The translations under genes were made by a program, and so were the position numbers. 64,000 nucleotides of DNA from NCBI RefSeq assembly GCF_964355755.1, contig NC_092672.1:5828001-5892000 (forward strand). The letters are read 5' to 3'. Positions 49,537 to 61,225 of this stretch are shown here, one piece after another (the first letter of the stretch is position 1; every line of letters begins with the position of its first letter). The stretch is from Antedon mediterranea. Lineage: Eukaryota > Animalia > Echinodermata. The notes beneath the pieces are model-generated. The model had not been told where the DNA came from. It did no database searches and saw only the letters and a list, made by a program, of their open reading frames with translations.

Positions 49537-50631
49537 TTATGCTATTGTAGAATTATTGTTCCTAGTGTGTGAAACATCTTCAATTGCCTTCCCAAAAAAG
49601 TGCCGGCAAGTAATGATCCGTTTGTACGCGTTGCGAAAATGACGATTCCTCCAAGCATAAATAAATGGATTGACGCTAGAATTGGCCAATGACAATAAAG
49701 CAAATACCTGAACAAACACATTAGGAATCTTGTATTTCTTATCAAAAATAACTTGCAGTACAATCGGTGTCCAACAAATCATAAATGTTATGAGAACAAT
49801 GAAGGATGTTTTTGCTACTTGGATTTCTCGTGTTTGTGGGTTAAGTTTGTTTATTGATAAATGTTTCTGTAGTTTGTTTAGGGTTTTGACAGAACCAGCA
49901 AGACTTACCTGACTGGTTGTGCTACTTTTACGTCGTCTACTACGTCTAGAGCTCATATGGGCCTCTTTACAAATTTTATAGTAACAGAAGACAAAAGTTA
50001 TCATAGAAAAAGCAAACATTATCGCCATAGTAACAATTTGACAAAGCCATGATTCTTCACTTACTTTATATCCGCAAATTAGAAGGTGTTTGTTGAATCC
50101 AAACTCGCCAAAACCAAAACTTGCAGGCATTATTAATGTGAAACTAACAACCCATATCATGACACAGTAAAATATTGTACGGTTTGTTGTGTAAAGAGTT
50201 GCATAACGTTGGTTCTGTACTATACAAAAGTAGCGATTTACCGCAATGGCAACAAGATTCAAAACTGATGATGATAATGTTATAATTGATATCCCAGAAA
50301 TTGTAGCACAAAACATGTCGGACAGTGGCCATTTGCGATAAAACAAGCCCAGCAAATAAAACGGCTCGACAATCACGCAGACAATCATATCCGCAAGAGC
50401 TAAATTTACGAGGAAATAATTTGCCGTAATTCGTAGTTTATTTGTACGAACAATCGCAACTATTGTCAACAAGTTACCAAAAAATCCAACGACACAGAGA
50501 ATGATTAAAATGATACTTTCAACAATTGCTATTACTTGCCCTTCTTGTGGCTCTATGTTGGTAACATTATCCGACCCATTCATGTTATTATCTAGACTAC
50601 TCATTGTGTTGTTATCTGGACTGATGCTCAT
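49537..50631 (-). CDS. Class A GPCR, NRY type, paralog 4
   Basis: First ATG at 50631 (MSISPDNN; the track ORF starts at TTG 50694); 364 aa, all 7TM motifs. Confidence 0.96.
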   Translation of the reverse strand: MSISPDNNTMSSLDNNMNGSDNVTNIEPQEGQVIAIVESIILIILCVVGFFGNLLTIVAIVRTNKLRITANYFLVNLALADMIVCVIVEPFYLLGLFYRKWPLSDMFCATISGISIITLSSSVLNLVAIAVNRYFCIVQNQRYATLYTTNRTIFYCVMIWVVSFTLIMPASFGFGEFGFNKHLLICGYKVSEESWLCQIVTMAIMFAFSMITFVFCYYKICKEAHMSSRRSRRRKSSTTSQVSLAGSVKTLNKLQKHLSINKLNPQTREIQVAKTSFIVLITFMICWTPIVLQVIFDKKYKIPNVFVQVFALLSLANSSVNPFIYAWRNRHFRNAYKRIITCRHFFGKAIEDVSHTRNNNSTIA

Positions 50632-50943
50632 TTCAAATGTATTCTGTGAAATTATATTCCCTTTTTGCTGAGCAATGATGAAAAACAATAGCAAATGGAA
50701 AGATACCTATTCAGGAACTATTTATGTATCACTGTTTTATTTATTTTTACCTTTGCTTCAGTCAACCAATGAGAATGCGTTGTCATATTAAATTCAATCA
50801 GGGTATTTTGTGCTATAACAGCTTCCTGTCCTTACAAATAGATTGATTACCTTTACAAAGAGTGATTATGCTTTATAGTGTGATTTGCTGAAAATACAAG
50901 GAACTTATCGGCTTATAACAATAAAGCTCACTTTATTATTTTC

Positions 50944-52526
50944 TTTTTAGGTGATCATTTAGAATAAAATGATCACCTATTGTTATTGTATGAAATCTTT
51001 ATTGTTGTTTTTATTGTTTCTGTACACTATTTTGTGTAACAATTATCTCAAAAAGTTTAATGTCAATGATTACCAAAATTTCACAATGTCTTTCAAATAC
51101 TTTAACTTAGTCCTAATAAGCTTTTCAGCGTGATCACTCATCCGTGACGTCATTTATACGCCATTTTGTGAAATCACATTATCAATCATATCTCCATAAT
51201 TCATTATCACATATTAATGAATTTCACTATAAATAAACTTCAGGTCAAGATTAAAAATATTAGCTAATAAAACGCACGTGCACGTAGGGTCATACGCGTG
51301 AAATCGCGCGTTAACAATTTAAAAAGCTCAAAATTAAGTTTTGATCAATTCAGAGCATGAATTAGGCCATTTGCGTGTTTAAAAAAATTACTGCGCAAAA
51401 ATGCATTTTTGCGCGTGCGATTCTTAAAAAGTGTAAAAATATGATTTTTTTTATAGAAATCGCATTCTACTCACCATCCTTAGTACATTCACCAAATTTG
51501 AATCCGTTCCGACTTAAAATAACGCTATACGAGCATGTTCAAAATGACAAAAAGCGCAAATAAATAGCATCAAAGTGCTGAAAATGGTGAAAAATAAGGC
51601 ATTTTTAAAATGAAAATAATTCTTCAGAATGCACAATGACCCCCAATTTTTTTTAATTATTCTGGAAGCCATTGAGTTGTAGATATTAATTCATGTACAC
51701 ATTTGACGTACAAAATGTTTTTATGTCATGAAATGGCCACTCGAATTTAAAAAATAGGTTTTTTTCACTTTCGTCATAGATTATCACATTCAACAGAGCG
51801 CATCTCGGTTATTTTGTGCCCGATTTTTGCTCAAATTTTAGTATATGATTGCTCAATTAATTATCTTTCTCATGAGTTGTCAACATTTTCATTTTTATGA
51901 CGTCATCACGCGTAAAAACTTGAATAACGTAGGTCGTGTAATTTTACTTACACCATAATGTTGAATATCTTACAGCTCTTCAGAATAAAATGTGACCTTG
52001 ATGATTATAATTTATTATGAAAGCTGATGAAATGTAGATATGAATTAATATAAAAATTAAGCCTATCGGATGTTGTGACATTATGAAATGGCCAGTTGAA
52101 GTTAAAAAGTAGTTTTTTCCTCTCTTTCGTTAAATTTATACAAATTTCAAAGAGCGCGCAGTGCGCTTCTACGTGCCAAATTTTCTTCCAAATCTTATAA
52201 TCTTTTGCTCAATTCATTGTCTTTCAAAATTGTGATCTTCAAGTTTATTTTGACAACGTCATCATACCAACAAATTAGAACATGATGTGGGTCCCGTAAT
52301 TTCACCTATGCTACACTGTATATGGATATACAGTATACTGTACATATTATATGACACATATTAGGTACAACTACTCAGCACTATAAGCATATATGCATCA
52401 TGTCGTAGGATGGTGACTTTTTACGATCGTATGTTAATGTACATGCATGTTTAAAAATTTTTAATTTCATTAAAATGATAAAAATGATCACCTATAATTC
52501 GTCAAAGTGACGAATTAAATTCTAGT
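50944..52526 (+). mobile_element. Non-autonomous Helentron/Helitron2 element
   Basis: 5' palindrome TAGGTGATCATTT..AAATGATCACCTA; matching subterminal AAAATGATCACCTA near the 3' end, then hairpin TAATTCGTCA-AAG-TGACGAATTA and CTAG|TT; internal diverged ~360-bp duplication. Confidence 0.8.
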
Positions 52527-55500
52527 TTAAATTTTGTTGTTGTTTGTTTTGTGGTACTAGACAAAATCCCCATTAAGAGTACACTGTCAGGGCCTAACAT
52601 GTCCTCTGAATGAATTTTAGTGTATAAAATATATGTTGCCCCTTGCCACATTTCAATGATGTATTGTTCTTACAAAAATGTTGTTGGATATTCCATTTTA
52701 ATGTTACATAATAGTTATCCACTTGACCAAAAACTTGATCGAAAATAAATGTATTTACCTGAAAAATGTAATTTAAAGCAAAAAATAGTCAAAATGGCTG
52801 CGTGCCAGCCAATGAATTTAACCATTTATTTTGTCATTTTATAAGTAAAAACATTTTTTTTTCATTTTTTCTATGGAAGTGATTAACTTTATTCAAAGTC
52901 TGATTTTATTAATCTTTATTTTTCATGTTTTTGGAGGACAATACATCTTTAATAGGGATGTCCTTTAAATAGGGCTGTCCCTTGAATAGGGCTGATCCAC
53001 ATGAGGATTATACTCTAGGAAGATAATGTAAAGATATTTAAAGTGGCATATATTGTAATATGTAATTGGAGCATTGGACACTATTCATATTTGTTCATTC
53101 CACCTGGAAGAAGAATATGTCATGTATGTAGCCAGATGTAATACAGATTTGTATTTAAATTTATTCATTCAATAATTACAGTATATGCAATTTCTGAGTA
53201 TACTCCAGTTAGACATAAATTATCAACCTAATAATTCCAAGAAATTATTAATGAAGTTCAGAAAAGATTTAATACTTACTAAATGTTAAGACAAATATAA
53301 TATTAATTATTTATAATATTCTATCATCCCACTATTAGTGGTGGGTGTATACTCAGTTTAGTTCCTGTCTGACCAGTTATTGAATGAACATACTCGGTCT
53401 GTCCCATTCATAGCCACTCGTTATAAATAGTCTGTGTTTTCAATAACCCCTTCCTATTCATATACGAGGGCGTACTTTCGTTTTTTTTTCTAAGTTCATA
53501 TGTACAGCGCTTTATTTATTTATTTATTTCATTCCTTTCAGTAAAGACAATACAAACATAACATAAAACGTGAAAGTAGAGCACTGAGGAGAGACAAAAG
53601 CTGTCAAAGACTACTATCGCCAAAGGGTGTGCCTCTCCAACTCCAACTTTAGAGGTTTCACAACATTGGCCGCTTTATAATCCAGGATATTATAGCCACG
53701 CTTAACCAGTAGCGATATATTGAATATACCCAATGTGTTATATAAACCCTTCCCATCCATAGCCACTAATTGGTGTTTTCAACACCATAGTAACTGAATG
53801 GGTGGGTTCCTGGGCTACCAAATATTGTTTAACCATAACCATTTTTTTTTTTTGCTGTAATAATGAAAGTATTTAAGTCGCACTTAAAGCTGGTGTAGTG
53901 CGTAATTGTAAGTATTGTTATCACATTTTAACGTCATTATACTGGCTTTGTTCTCCATGATTAAATTAATAAATCTTTAAGATGTATGGTTTACTAATTT
54001 ATACCTGTATAATTATTACAAGTATGACATTTGATATGTGCCCACGTATTTATTATGCTTTATAAACTATTTATAACACATACGTCAGTAAATTACTAAA
54101 TATGCGTCTGTTATGCGTCTGTTATTTACGCAACAAGGGCATTTTGTGAGTTCAAATTATTCTACTCCTTTTGGTGACCGATATAAAAAAATCCTTTTCA
54201 GTTTCAATGAATTTGTTTATTCTGCCCATGCCATCTAGAGTTACTACTGCAATAAGACGAAAATCTGGTCTGGTTTTTGGTCTTCCTCAGCCTCATACAC
54301 CTGTTCTTGGCATCTATTCTCTTGTCGTTCTGGTGAGGTGGCCTATCCATTTTTACTTGTTGCCGGATGTGTCCTGAACCTTCATTTGGCTATCTAATCC
54401 ACTTTTAGTTTTTTCTGTCCAATTACATCATTGTGTTTTTTGTTTCTTTTCTTATTTTGCTTTTTGGTTCAGAGTGATTCTGCTTCATAAAAAATATTTA
54501 ATTTTTTTTTCTGAATTCATTACAAAACACTATTCTGTTTGCTATTTTTAACATTTTCCTAATTTTCTTGATACAAAGTTTCTAATGAATTTAATATTGT
54601 TTGGTGCCCTCTATAGGTGAGTATATATTTCTATGGAAAATTACGTTAATATTAAAATTGTGTTTTGTCTTCTCTCAAAATTATTATTACTAGAGGGTGA
54701 GCTCGCTTCGCTCGCTCCCCCTCTAGGAAGTGTAGACGATGGTTCTCGGAATGATAATGTTCTCCAAAATGCTTGACATTCGTAAAACTAAACTACTTTG
54801 TTTCACAGTGTTTTAGATGATTAATAACATTTTAAAGTATAGTTTTTATTGTTTGGTAGGGCCCTTTGAGGAGGCGGAGGTCATTTGAGGGAGGTGCTTA
54901 TTCAAGGGATATATGTTAAATTTTTTAGTTCTAATAATATGGTAACATTTATAATCAAATGAAATCCTCTCATAGATATGAAAAGTGGTAAAAAAGAATA
55001 ACAAATGCTTGGTAAATTGCAGATAACAGTGCGGTGAATTCTACTACAAATAGTATAATTGTGTTATTATAAATATGTGGATGGACGTTTATTAGATAGT
55101 TGGGTTGTGGGGGGGGGGGGGGGTTATTATTCAAAGTGATGTTTAATTGGAGAGGCGTTTATTCAAATGAATACCATCCTAATAATTATTAATACATTAT
55201 TTAATTTAATCATCTTTTGAAACTAACTGCCGTGACAGAGTGGGCCCAAGAAAGAAGACATTACGGCTTGCAACATGGGCAGACATCTCGGTCCTAACGG
55301 GACACAGGAAGATAGCCTACAGTTATTCCTGCAAGCTTACTCAATAAAACTCAGCAATCGGGATTTCACTCGAAAAATGTCTTATCAAATCTCCCTATGT
55401 AATTTTATAATACTATTCCCCACAATATATTCTGATTCTTTATGGCGTATATTTAATTTGATCTTTATTAATTTGCAGTATAATTCCTATTATTTAACTA

Positions 55501-56994
55501 CTGTACCTTCACACACGTGTGGTATGTTTTAAAATAAACAAAAAACTGAAATGGCTATGATTAATGGCCAATTTTTTTTTCGTCTTCCAAAGGGACACTG
55601 TATTGATTGATGGAAAGTGCCTGTTTCCAGTCACCTTTAGGGTCAAATCTATTATTTTAACTGCTCCCTTGTGTATAAAAGAGAGAAAATATTTGGTGAA
55701 CTTATCTTAAACCCGGAAATTACTTTGACCGGGAAGAATTGAAATTGAGAGGAAAATCCAATGTTGAAATCATAAATGTTGTTAAAAAACTCTTTATAAT
55801 ATCTTCCTAAGATATAAATATGGAACAATAGCGTCGGCGTGCACACTAATGTTATCAAATCTACGTTTCGCGGTACATCTCGGATAGATAAGGTAGGTAT
55901 CCAAGGCGGAGATTTGTAACGAAGTTTTTGCATTGTGCTCGCCTATGTCAGAATTAACCATAATTTATATATAGATAAATACGTCTTGGTGGTTTTAGTG
56001 TTCTTAAATTATTATAGTTACTTTAATAAATTTAATAGCAACATCTTTGACTTGTCTGCGAAGATTAAAAACCACAACCAAAAACACAAAGCAATTATAG
56101 AGGGCAGGAGACAGCAATTTGAATAGAACATTACCTTTACTAAAGCCTTGTCTTCACTATCAAACTTTATGTGATGTGCCCATATATTTACATGATCATG
56201 TCATACCGCTACCATATTTGGGCACATTACACTTTTTTTTTGTAAAACTAGTTTGATAGTATAGACAGAGCTTAAAACTCATAAAAGAAAGTATTGCTAT
56301 TTACAGTATCACAGGATTTCGCTCATTTATTTCAATCCAAATAATTTATTTACAAAAACCATAATAAATTTGTACAGATTTAAAAAAAAAATGATAATAA
56401 TTTACATTTATATATCTTAAGATTAATATTATTAAAAAATTAATTGTACATGATATGCTGGTATAAACAAATTTAAATTATAATTTTACATTTTAAGTTA
56501 TTTTTAGTTAGTAAAACTACATTTGCTGTAAATAATAGAATTGCTTTATATAACATAGGTCAAAGTGGTATTATTTTAATGGTTTATAGTTCCAATGTCA
56601 ACTTAATTAATGGTGTTTAAATTGATGTTTCTAGAGGCGTAATCTACTAAAGAGCTACCAACACAAATTCTACTGCTTCTTCAAGCCGGACTATTTACGC
56701 ATGACAAACATTTGTAATAAAAATGCTATTTTGCTAAATGAAAATTGAGTGTTTATCAGAAATCTGATTTTAAAATTCTAGAGGATCTGATAATTTGGTT
56801 TAAAAATTATTAATTTATGATATTAATTATTATTTCTAAATTATTTATTTAAAAATAAGAGAGGAAAAGTATAGTACCCTAGAATATTGTCGAGTACAAT
56901 ATGCATAGCATTTCCATCAAATAAATCAAACGCCTTTATTTTAAATATTCCACGAGGATGGGAAGGAAGTTCGCTCCTTTTTAGGTTATATATT

Positions 56995-58116
56995 TCACAT
57001 TTTGTTGGTTGTACTGTCCATTTTCGACACGTCGTGTTCATCCTCTCCAGGTCTCAACCAGTGGCGGCATTTGATAATTCTAATGTAAGCCAATCGGAAG
57101 CCACGATTTCGCCAAGCATAGATGAAAGGGTTAACGCTGGAATTAGTTAATGCGAGTATTGCGGTTATTTGTCGAAGTAGATCGGGTGCTTTGTAGTATT
57201 TGTCAAATACGGTTAGCAAAACGGATGGAGTCCAACATATAACAAATGTTAGAAGCACAATAAGTAACGTCTTCGCTACTTGCAAATCTCGTTTTTTCGG
57301 AAGCATCGTCATATTTGATGATTTATGACTTTTCATTCGAGAAAATGTTGATTTTTTTTCCTCAACGCAATTAATATTACTGTTCGATTCGCTGTTGGTG
57401 CTTGTAATGCGCTGTGTTCGACGAGAACTATCTTGCATACGCTTGTAAATGTTGCAGTAACAGTAAACAATAACGCACGTTGAAGCTACGAACATGATGA
57501 CCATAGAGACAATTTGGTAAACGTATGATGCATGCGTGGCTGGATATCCGCATATCATAAGGTGTTCATTAAAACCGAAATCACCGACACCTGCAGATGG
57601 TAACACTATCGAAAGAAAGGATATTGCCCAAATTACCAAGCAATATATAATGGTACGATTGCTACTGAACACCATGGCGTACAATTTATTCTTCACGATA
57701 CAATAATAACGGTTCACCGAAATTGCCAATAGATTTATAACCGAAGCTGCTAAACTCAAACAAGTTAACGCACCAATCGTTTTGCAGAATTCCGTGGACA
57801 TTGGCCAACCACGATATATCAGAGATACGATGTAAAATGGTTCAATGATCACACACACAAGAATATCCGCAATCGCTAAGTTGATTAGGAAATAGTTTGT
57901 TGTGATGCGTAAGCTTTTCGTGCGGAAAATGGCAATAATTGTAAGAGTGTTACCCAATAATCCAACCATACTAATAATGATTAAGAGTATAACTTGTAAA
58001 CAGATGGCAACTTGATATCCAGTGGACAACAACTCAAACGACATTCTGCTTGGCGCGACATCATCAGTACTAAAAGTGACATCATCATTAGGGACTGTAG
58101 TAGTAACCTCATCCAT
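56995..58116 (-). CDS. Class A GPCR, NRY type, divergent paralog 5
   Basis: 373-aa single coding exon, NLAIAD, IIEPFY, NRY, CWTP, NPFIYAWRN; strong splice acceptor TTTTCTCTTACAG at about 58165 in the 5'UTR. Confidence 0.96.
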   Translation of the reverse strand: MDEVTTTVPNDDVTFSTDDVAPSRMSFELLSTGYQVAICLQVILLIIISMVGLLGNTLTIIAIFRTKSLRITTNYFLINLAIADILVCVIIEPFYIVSLIYRGWPMSTEFCKTIGALTCLSLAASVINLLAISVNRYYCIVKNKLYAMVFSSNRTIIYCLVIWAISFLSIVLPSAGVGDFGFNEHLMICGYPATHASYVYQIVSMVIMFVASTCVIVYCYCNIYKRMQDSSRRTQRITSTNSESNSNINCVEEKKSTFSRMKSHKSSNMTMLPKKRDLQVAKTLLIVLLTFVICWTPSVLLTVFDKYYKAPDLLRQITAILALTNSSVNPFIYAWRNRGFRLAYIRIIKCRHWLRPGEDEHDVSKMDSTTNKM

Positions 58117-58419
58117 ATTGCCGCTGTGTTGCTATTCAATAAGATGATCAAAAGTTCTTGGTATCTGTAAGAGAAAATGTAAATTTTATATCACTATAAA
58201 TAAACTTACTTGAATAAAGAAACACCATAGGCAGCAATATATGATAAAGTACAACCTTGTCTGTGTTCTGATTACATATAGTTCGTTTCCCTCATGTATG
58301 GAAAATTAAATTATTGTACTGTATATACATAATGACGCTGAAAGTAATACTATGGATTGCATTAAGTAAAATTTAATCTGATTCAAAATACACTACACGA
58401 GGGGAATATAACACAGCCC

Positions 58420-58660
58420 ATCTATTTAGGTGACACTACTTGTAATTGAATTGATGTTCTGGTTACCGCATTACTGACACTGCCGTTAATGTCTTGCCTA
58501 TCAACACAACAGTACTTTACCTACTGTAGTTAACATATCTCATCTATAGGTGACACTACTTGTAATTGAATTGCTGTTGTGGTTACCGCATTCTGACATT
58601 GCCGTTAATGTCTTGCCTATCAACACTACTGTCAGTAATTTACTTACTGTAGTTAACTAT
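58420..58660. repeat. ~120-bp tandem duplication
   Basis: TAGGTGACACTACTTGTAATTGAATTG...TACTGTAGTTAAC x2. Confidence 0.9.
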
Positions 58661-59534
58661 CACAATTCATGAGATATCATGTCAAACATGATTTCACACC
58701 ACTTAAGCAGGCCTGTTTATGACGCGCCGGACAAATTTACTTTGGAACTATAGGCGGATTCAATTTCAAGCTGTTTGTATTGTGAGTTAAAAAGATTGAG
58801 GTTTGAGGTAGTGGAACATATTTAAAAATGATGGTGCGATTACTTTTCAATAATAAACATAAATAATTGGTTCTTTTCATTCATGGGATGATGTCATAGG
58901 AAGGCAGTGTTTATTTTGATATTCACAACATGGTGATTAAGATATTTTTTGTGTCCTATAATGAAATATATGAGTTTACTGTCTAAATATCTTAGAATCT
59001 AAAATGTCACGTATGTCTGCAGAAATTTCAGTTCTAGTTTTTCTCGGAATCTTTCTTGCTTCTAGACGTGGAATTTACTATAAACAGTATCATCATGATG
59101 TAATGAAATAAAGACAATTAAACAATACAGTAGAATACTGTATTTCCACTTTGTTTCTATCAAAATAGGGGCTAGGTGGTGGGGACAGGTAAAATGAGGT
59201 GCTTACCTGTAACCTAACTGCATTCTAAATTTAAGGGGCTTGGCCAACTGGGCGCCCCCCCCCCCCCCTTCGGATCTGCATATGATTATATATTGTACTT
59301 GTGCTTGATAATGATTATTTGTTGGAATTTAACCAACTGAGCTCACCCCTATTGTAGAATGTACATGCTTGGTAAATGATATGTAAAATTTTCCCACAAA
59401 TTATATTATTTTCGGAGTTAATGTGTGAGCATTTAGGTTAACTGAAGTTTTCACTCAATGCCTCTGTAAGTAAGAGTAAGGGAAATTTTGAATCAAAAAA
59501 AGCAACATATTAGTATGGACATCCAATCATTAAC

Positions 59535-59925
59535 TAAAATTAAGATTAACAGCAGGGTTTTATGTCTCAAACTCTGTGAATGTTGTTACATTAACTTTGA
59601 ACCAGAACAACAAATATTTTGGTATGAGAATCCAATCAGTAACTGTAAAATTAAGATATTAACAGCAGGATTTTATGTCTAAACTCTGTGAATTTTTACA
59701 TTTTGAACCAGAAAAACAAACATTTTGGTATGATAATCCAATCAGTAACTGTAAAATTAAGATATTAACAGCGGGGTTTTATGTCTCAAACTCTGTGAAT
59801 GTTGTACAATAACTTTGACCCAGAAACAACAAACACATTGGTATGAGAATCCAATCATTATTACTGAATTTAAGATATTAACAGCGACGTTTTATGTCTC
59901 AAACTCTGTGTGAATGTTGTACATT
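59535..59925. repeat. ~118-bp tandem repeat, ~3.3 copies
   Basis: Recurring TTAACAGCRGGGTTTTATGTCTCAAACTCTGTGAA...GGTATGAGAATCCAATCA. Confidence 0.9.
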
Positions 59926-60249
59926 AATGGGCCAAAACATTCCTATAAAAGTGCATTACTAATATTGCCTCAAAATTCTTTTTGAGTAAAGAACATTCAG
60001 GCACTTTTAGGATTTAAGAAAAACATGAATTATAGCATAACGTTTGTGTATAATAATAATGTGGGCTGTATCCAAGGACAAAATTATGGGGCATTCATAA
60101 ATAACACTAATATTTATAATAATATTTATTATAATATACTTATTTAATTTTACTGTACTATAAGAATTTATTTATTTATATTCAGAATTGACTAGATCCA
60201 GTATACAGTTTATAAGAATTTGTTACATGGTTGGCATCTAAATGACCTT

Positions 60250-60660
60250 AGATCTGTGTATTACCTAGTTTTGGTTGGGGGATAGGGGAAGGGACATGAG
60301 GCGTTAAGGATGTTAAATCTGTTTGTGCCCTTGTTTTCGGTTAGAAAAGAGGAGGGGCGCATGATAGGATCCTAGATCTGTGTATGTTTTGGTTGGGTAG
60401 TGGGGAAGAGTTATGAGGCATGGAGGGGATGTTTAATCTGTTTGTACCCTTGTTTTTGGTTGAGGGGTGGGGGGGGGGAGGTGCGTATGATAGGATTTTA
60501 GTTCTGTATATGACCTTGTTTGGTTGGGGGAGTGGGGAAGAGTTATGAGGCATGGAGGGGATGTTTAATCTGTGTATGTCTTGGTTGGGGAGTGTGGAAA
60601 AGGAATGAAAAAGATGTAAGATGTATGTGCCTTGGTTTGGGGAGGGGTGTGCATAAGATA
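60250..60660. repeat. G-rich diverged tandem repeat (~60/120 bp)
   Basis: Recurring TTGGTTGGGG..GGGGAAGAGTTATGAGGCATGGAGGGGATGTTTAATCTGT. Confidence 0.75.
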
Positions 60661-61014
60661 CACTTTTATAAATGTTGCATGAACACAATTGATTAGGAAT
60701 GGAATTATGCCCAAAGGTGGATTTAAGAGGCAAATTGGAATAAGGAACTCATTACAGTATATATTTAATTAAGTTGCTCAGTTCCGGGATCTAAATTACC
60801 TTCATAATTTGCTTCACTTCTGTATCAACACGTTTGATCAAAGTAAAAAATATAACACTTTAATTTCATTACAATTAGTGGAAAAATCCAGCACTCTGGT
60901 CATGTTACAAGAGTTGTCAGAACAATATAGGTTATTTTTCAAGTAGTTCAGCTGCTATTTTCACTGACTTTTTCGAAATCACTTTTCCAACTTTTATTTC
61001 TTAAGTCCTTGATT

Positions 61015-61225
61015 GAGTCAAATGGTTAAGGCAGGGGCGCCATTTATCCAACAACACCGGCAAGGGTTCGAGGCCAACTCGCTCCTAGTTCTGGGGGTGG
61101 AAGAAGTCTTATCGGATAAGGACTATAAACCATAGGTCCAGTGTACATAGTTATAACCTGTGTGCATTTGAAAGAACCCAGTTCATTATTCGAAAAGAGT
61201 AGGTGGTTACCCCGGTGAACTGGTT
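61015..61225 (+). mobile_element. Diverged Deu-domain SINE copy
   Basis: GGCAAGGGTTCGAGGC, GGATAAGGACTATAAACCATAGGTCC, GAGTAGGTGGTTACCCCGGTG. Confidence 0.8.

Noticed and set aside
36602-50332. Short antisense and alternate-frame ORFs overlapping the GPCRs
   Set aside because: Shadows of the GPCR coding sequence; they recur only because the genes are paralogous.
36343-58116. Opsin or canonical aminergic receptor identity
   Set aside because: No Lys at 7.43 and no Asp at 3.32 in any paralog.
55088-59268. Long G run near 55089 and long C run near 59255 as an inverted pair or G-quadruplex switch
   Set aside because: Isolated homopolymers in degraded repeats with no flanking complementarity.
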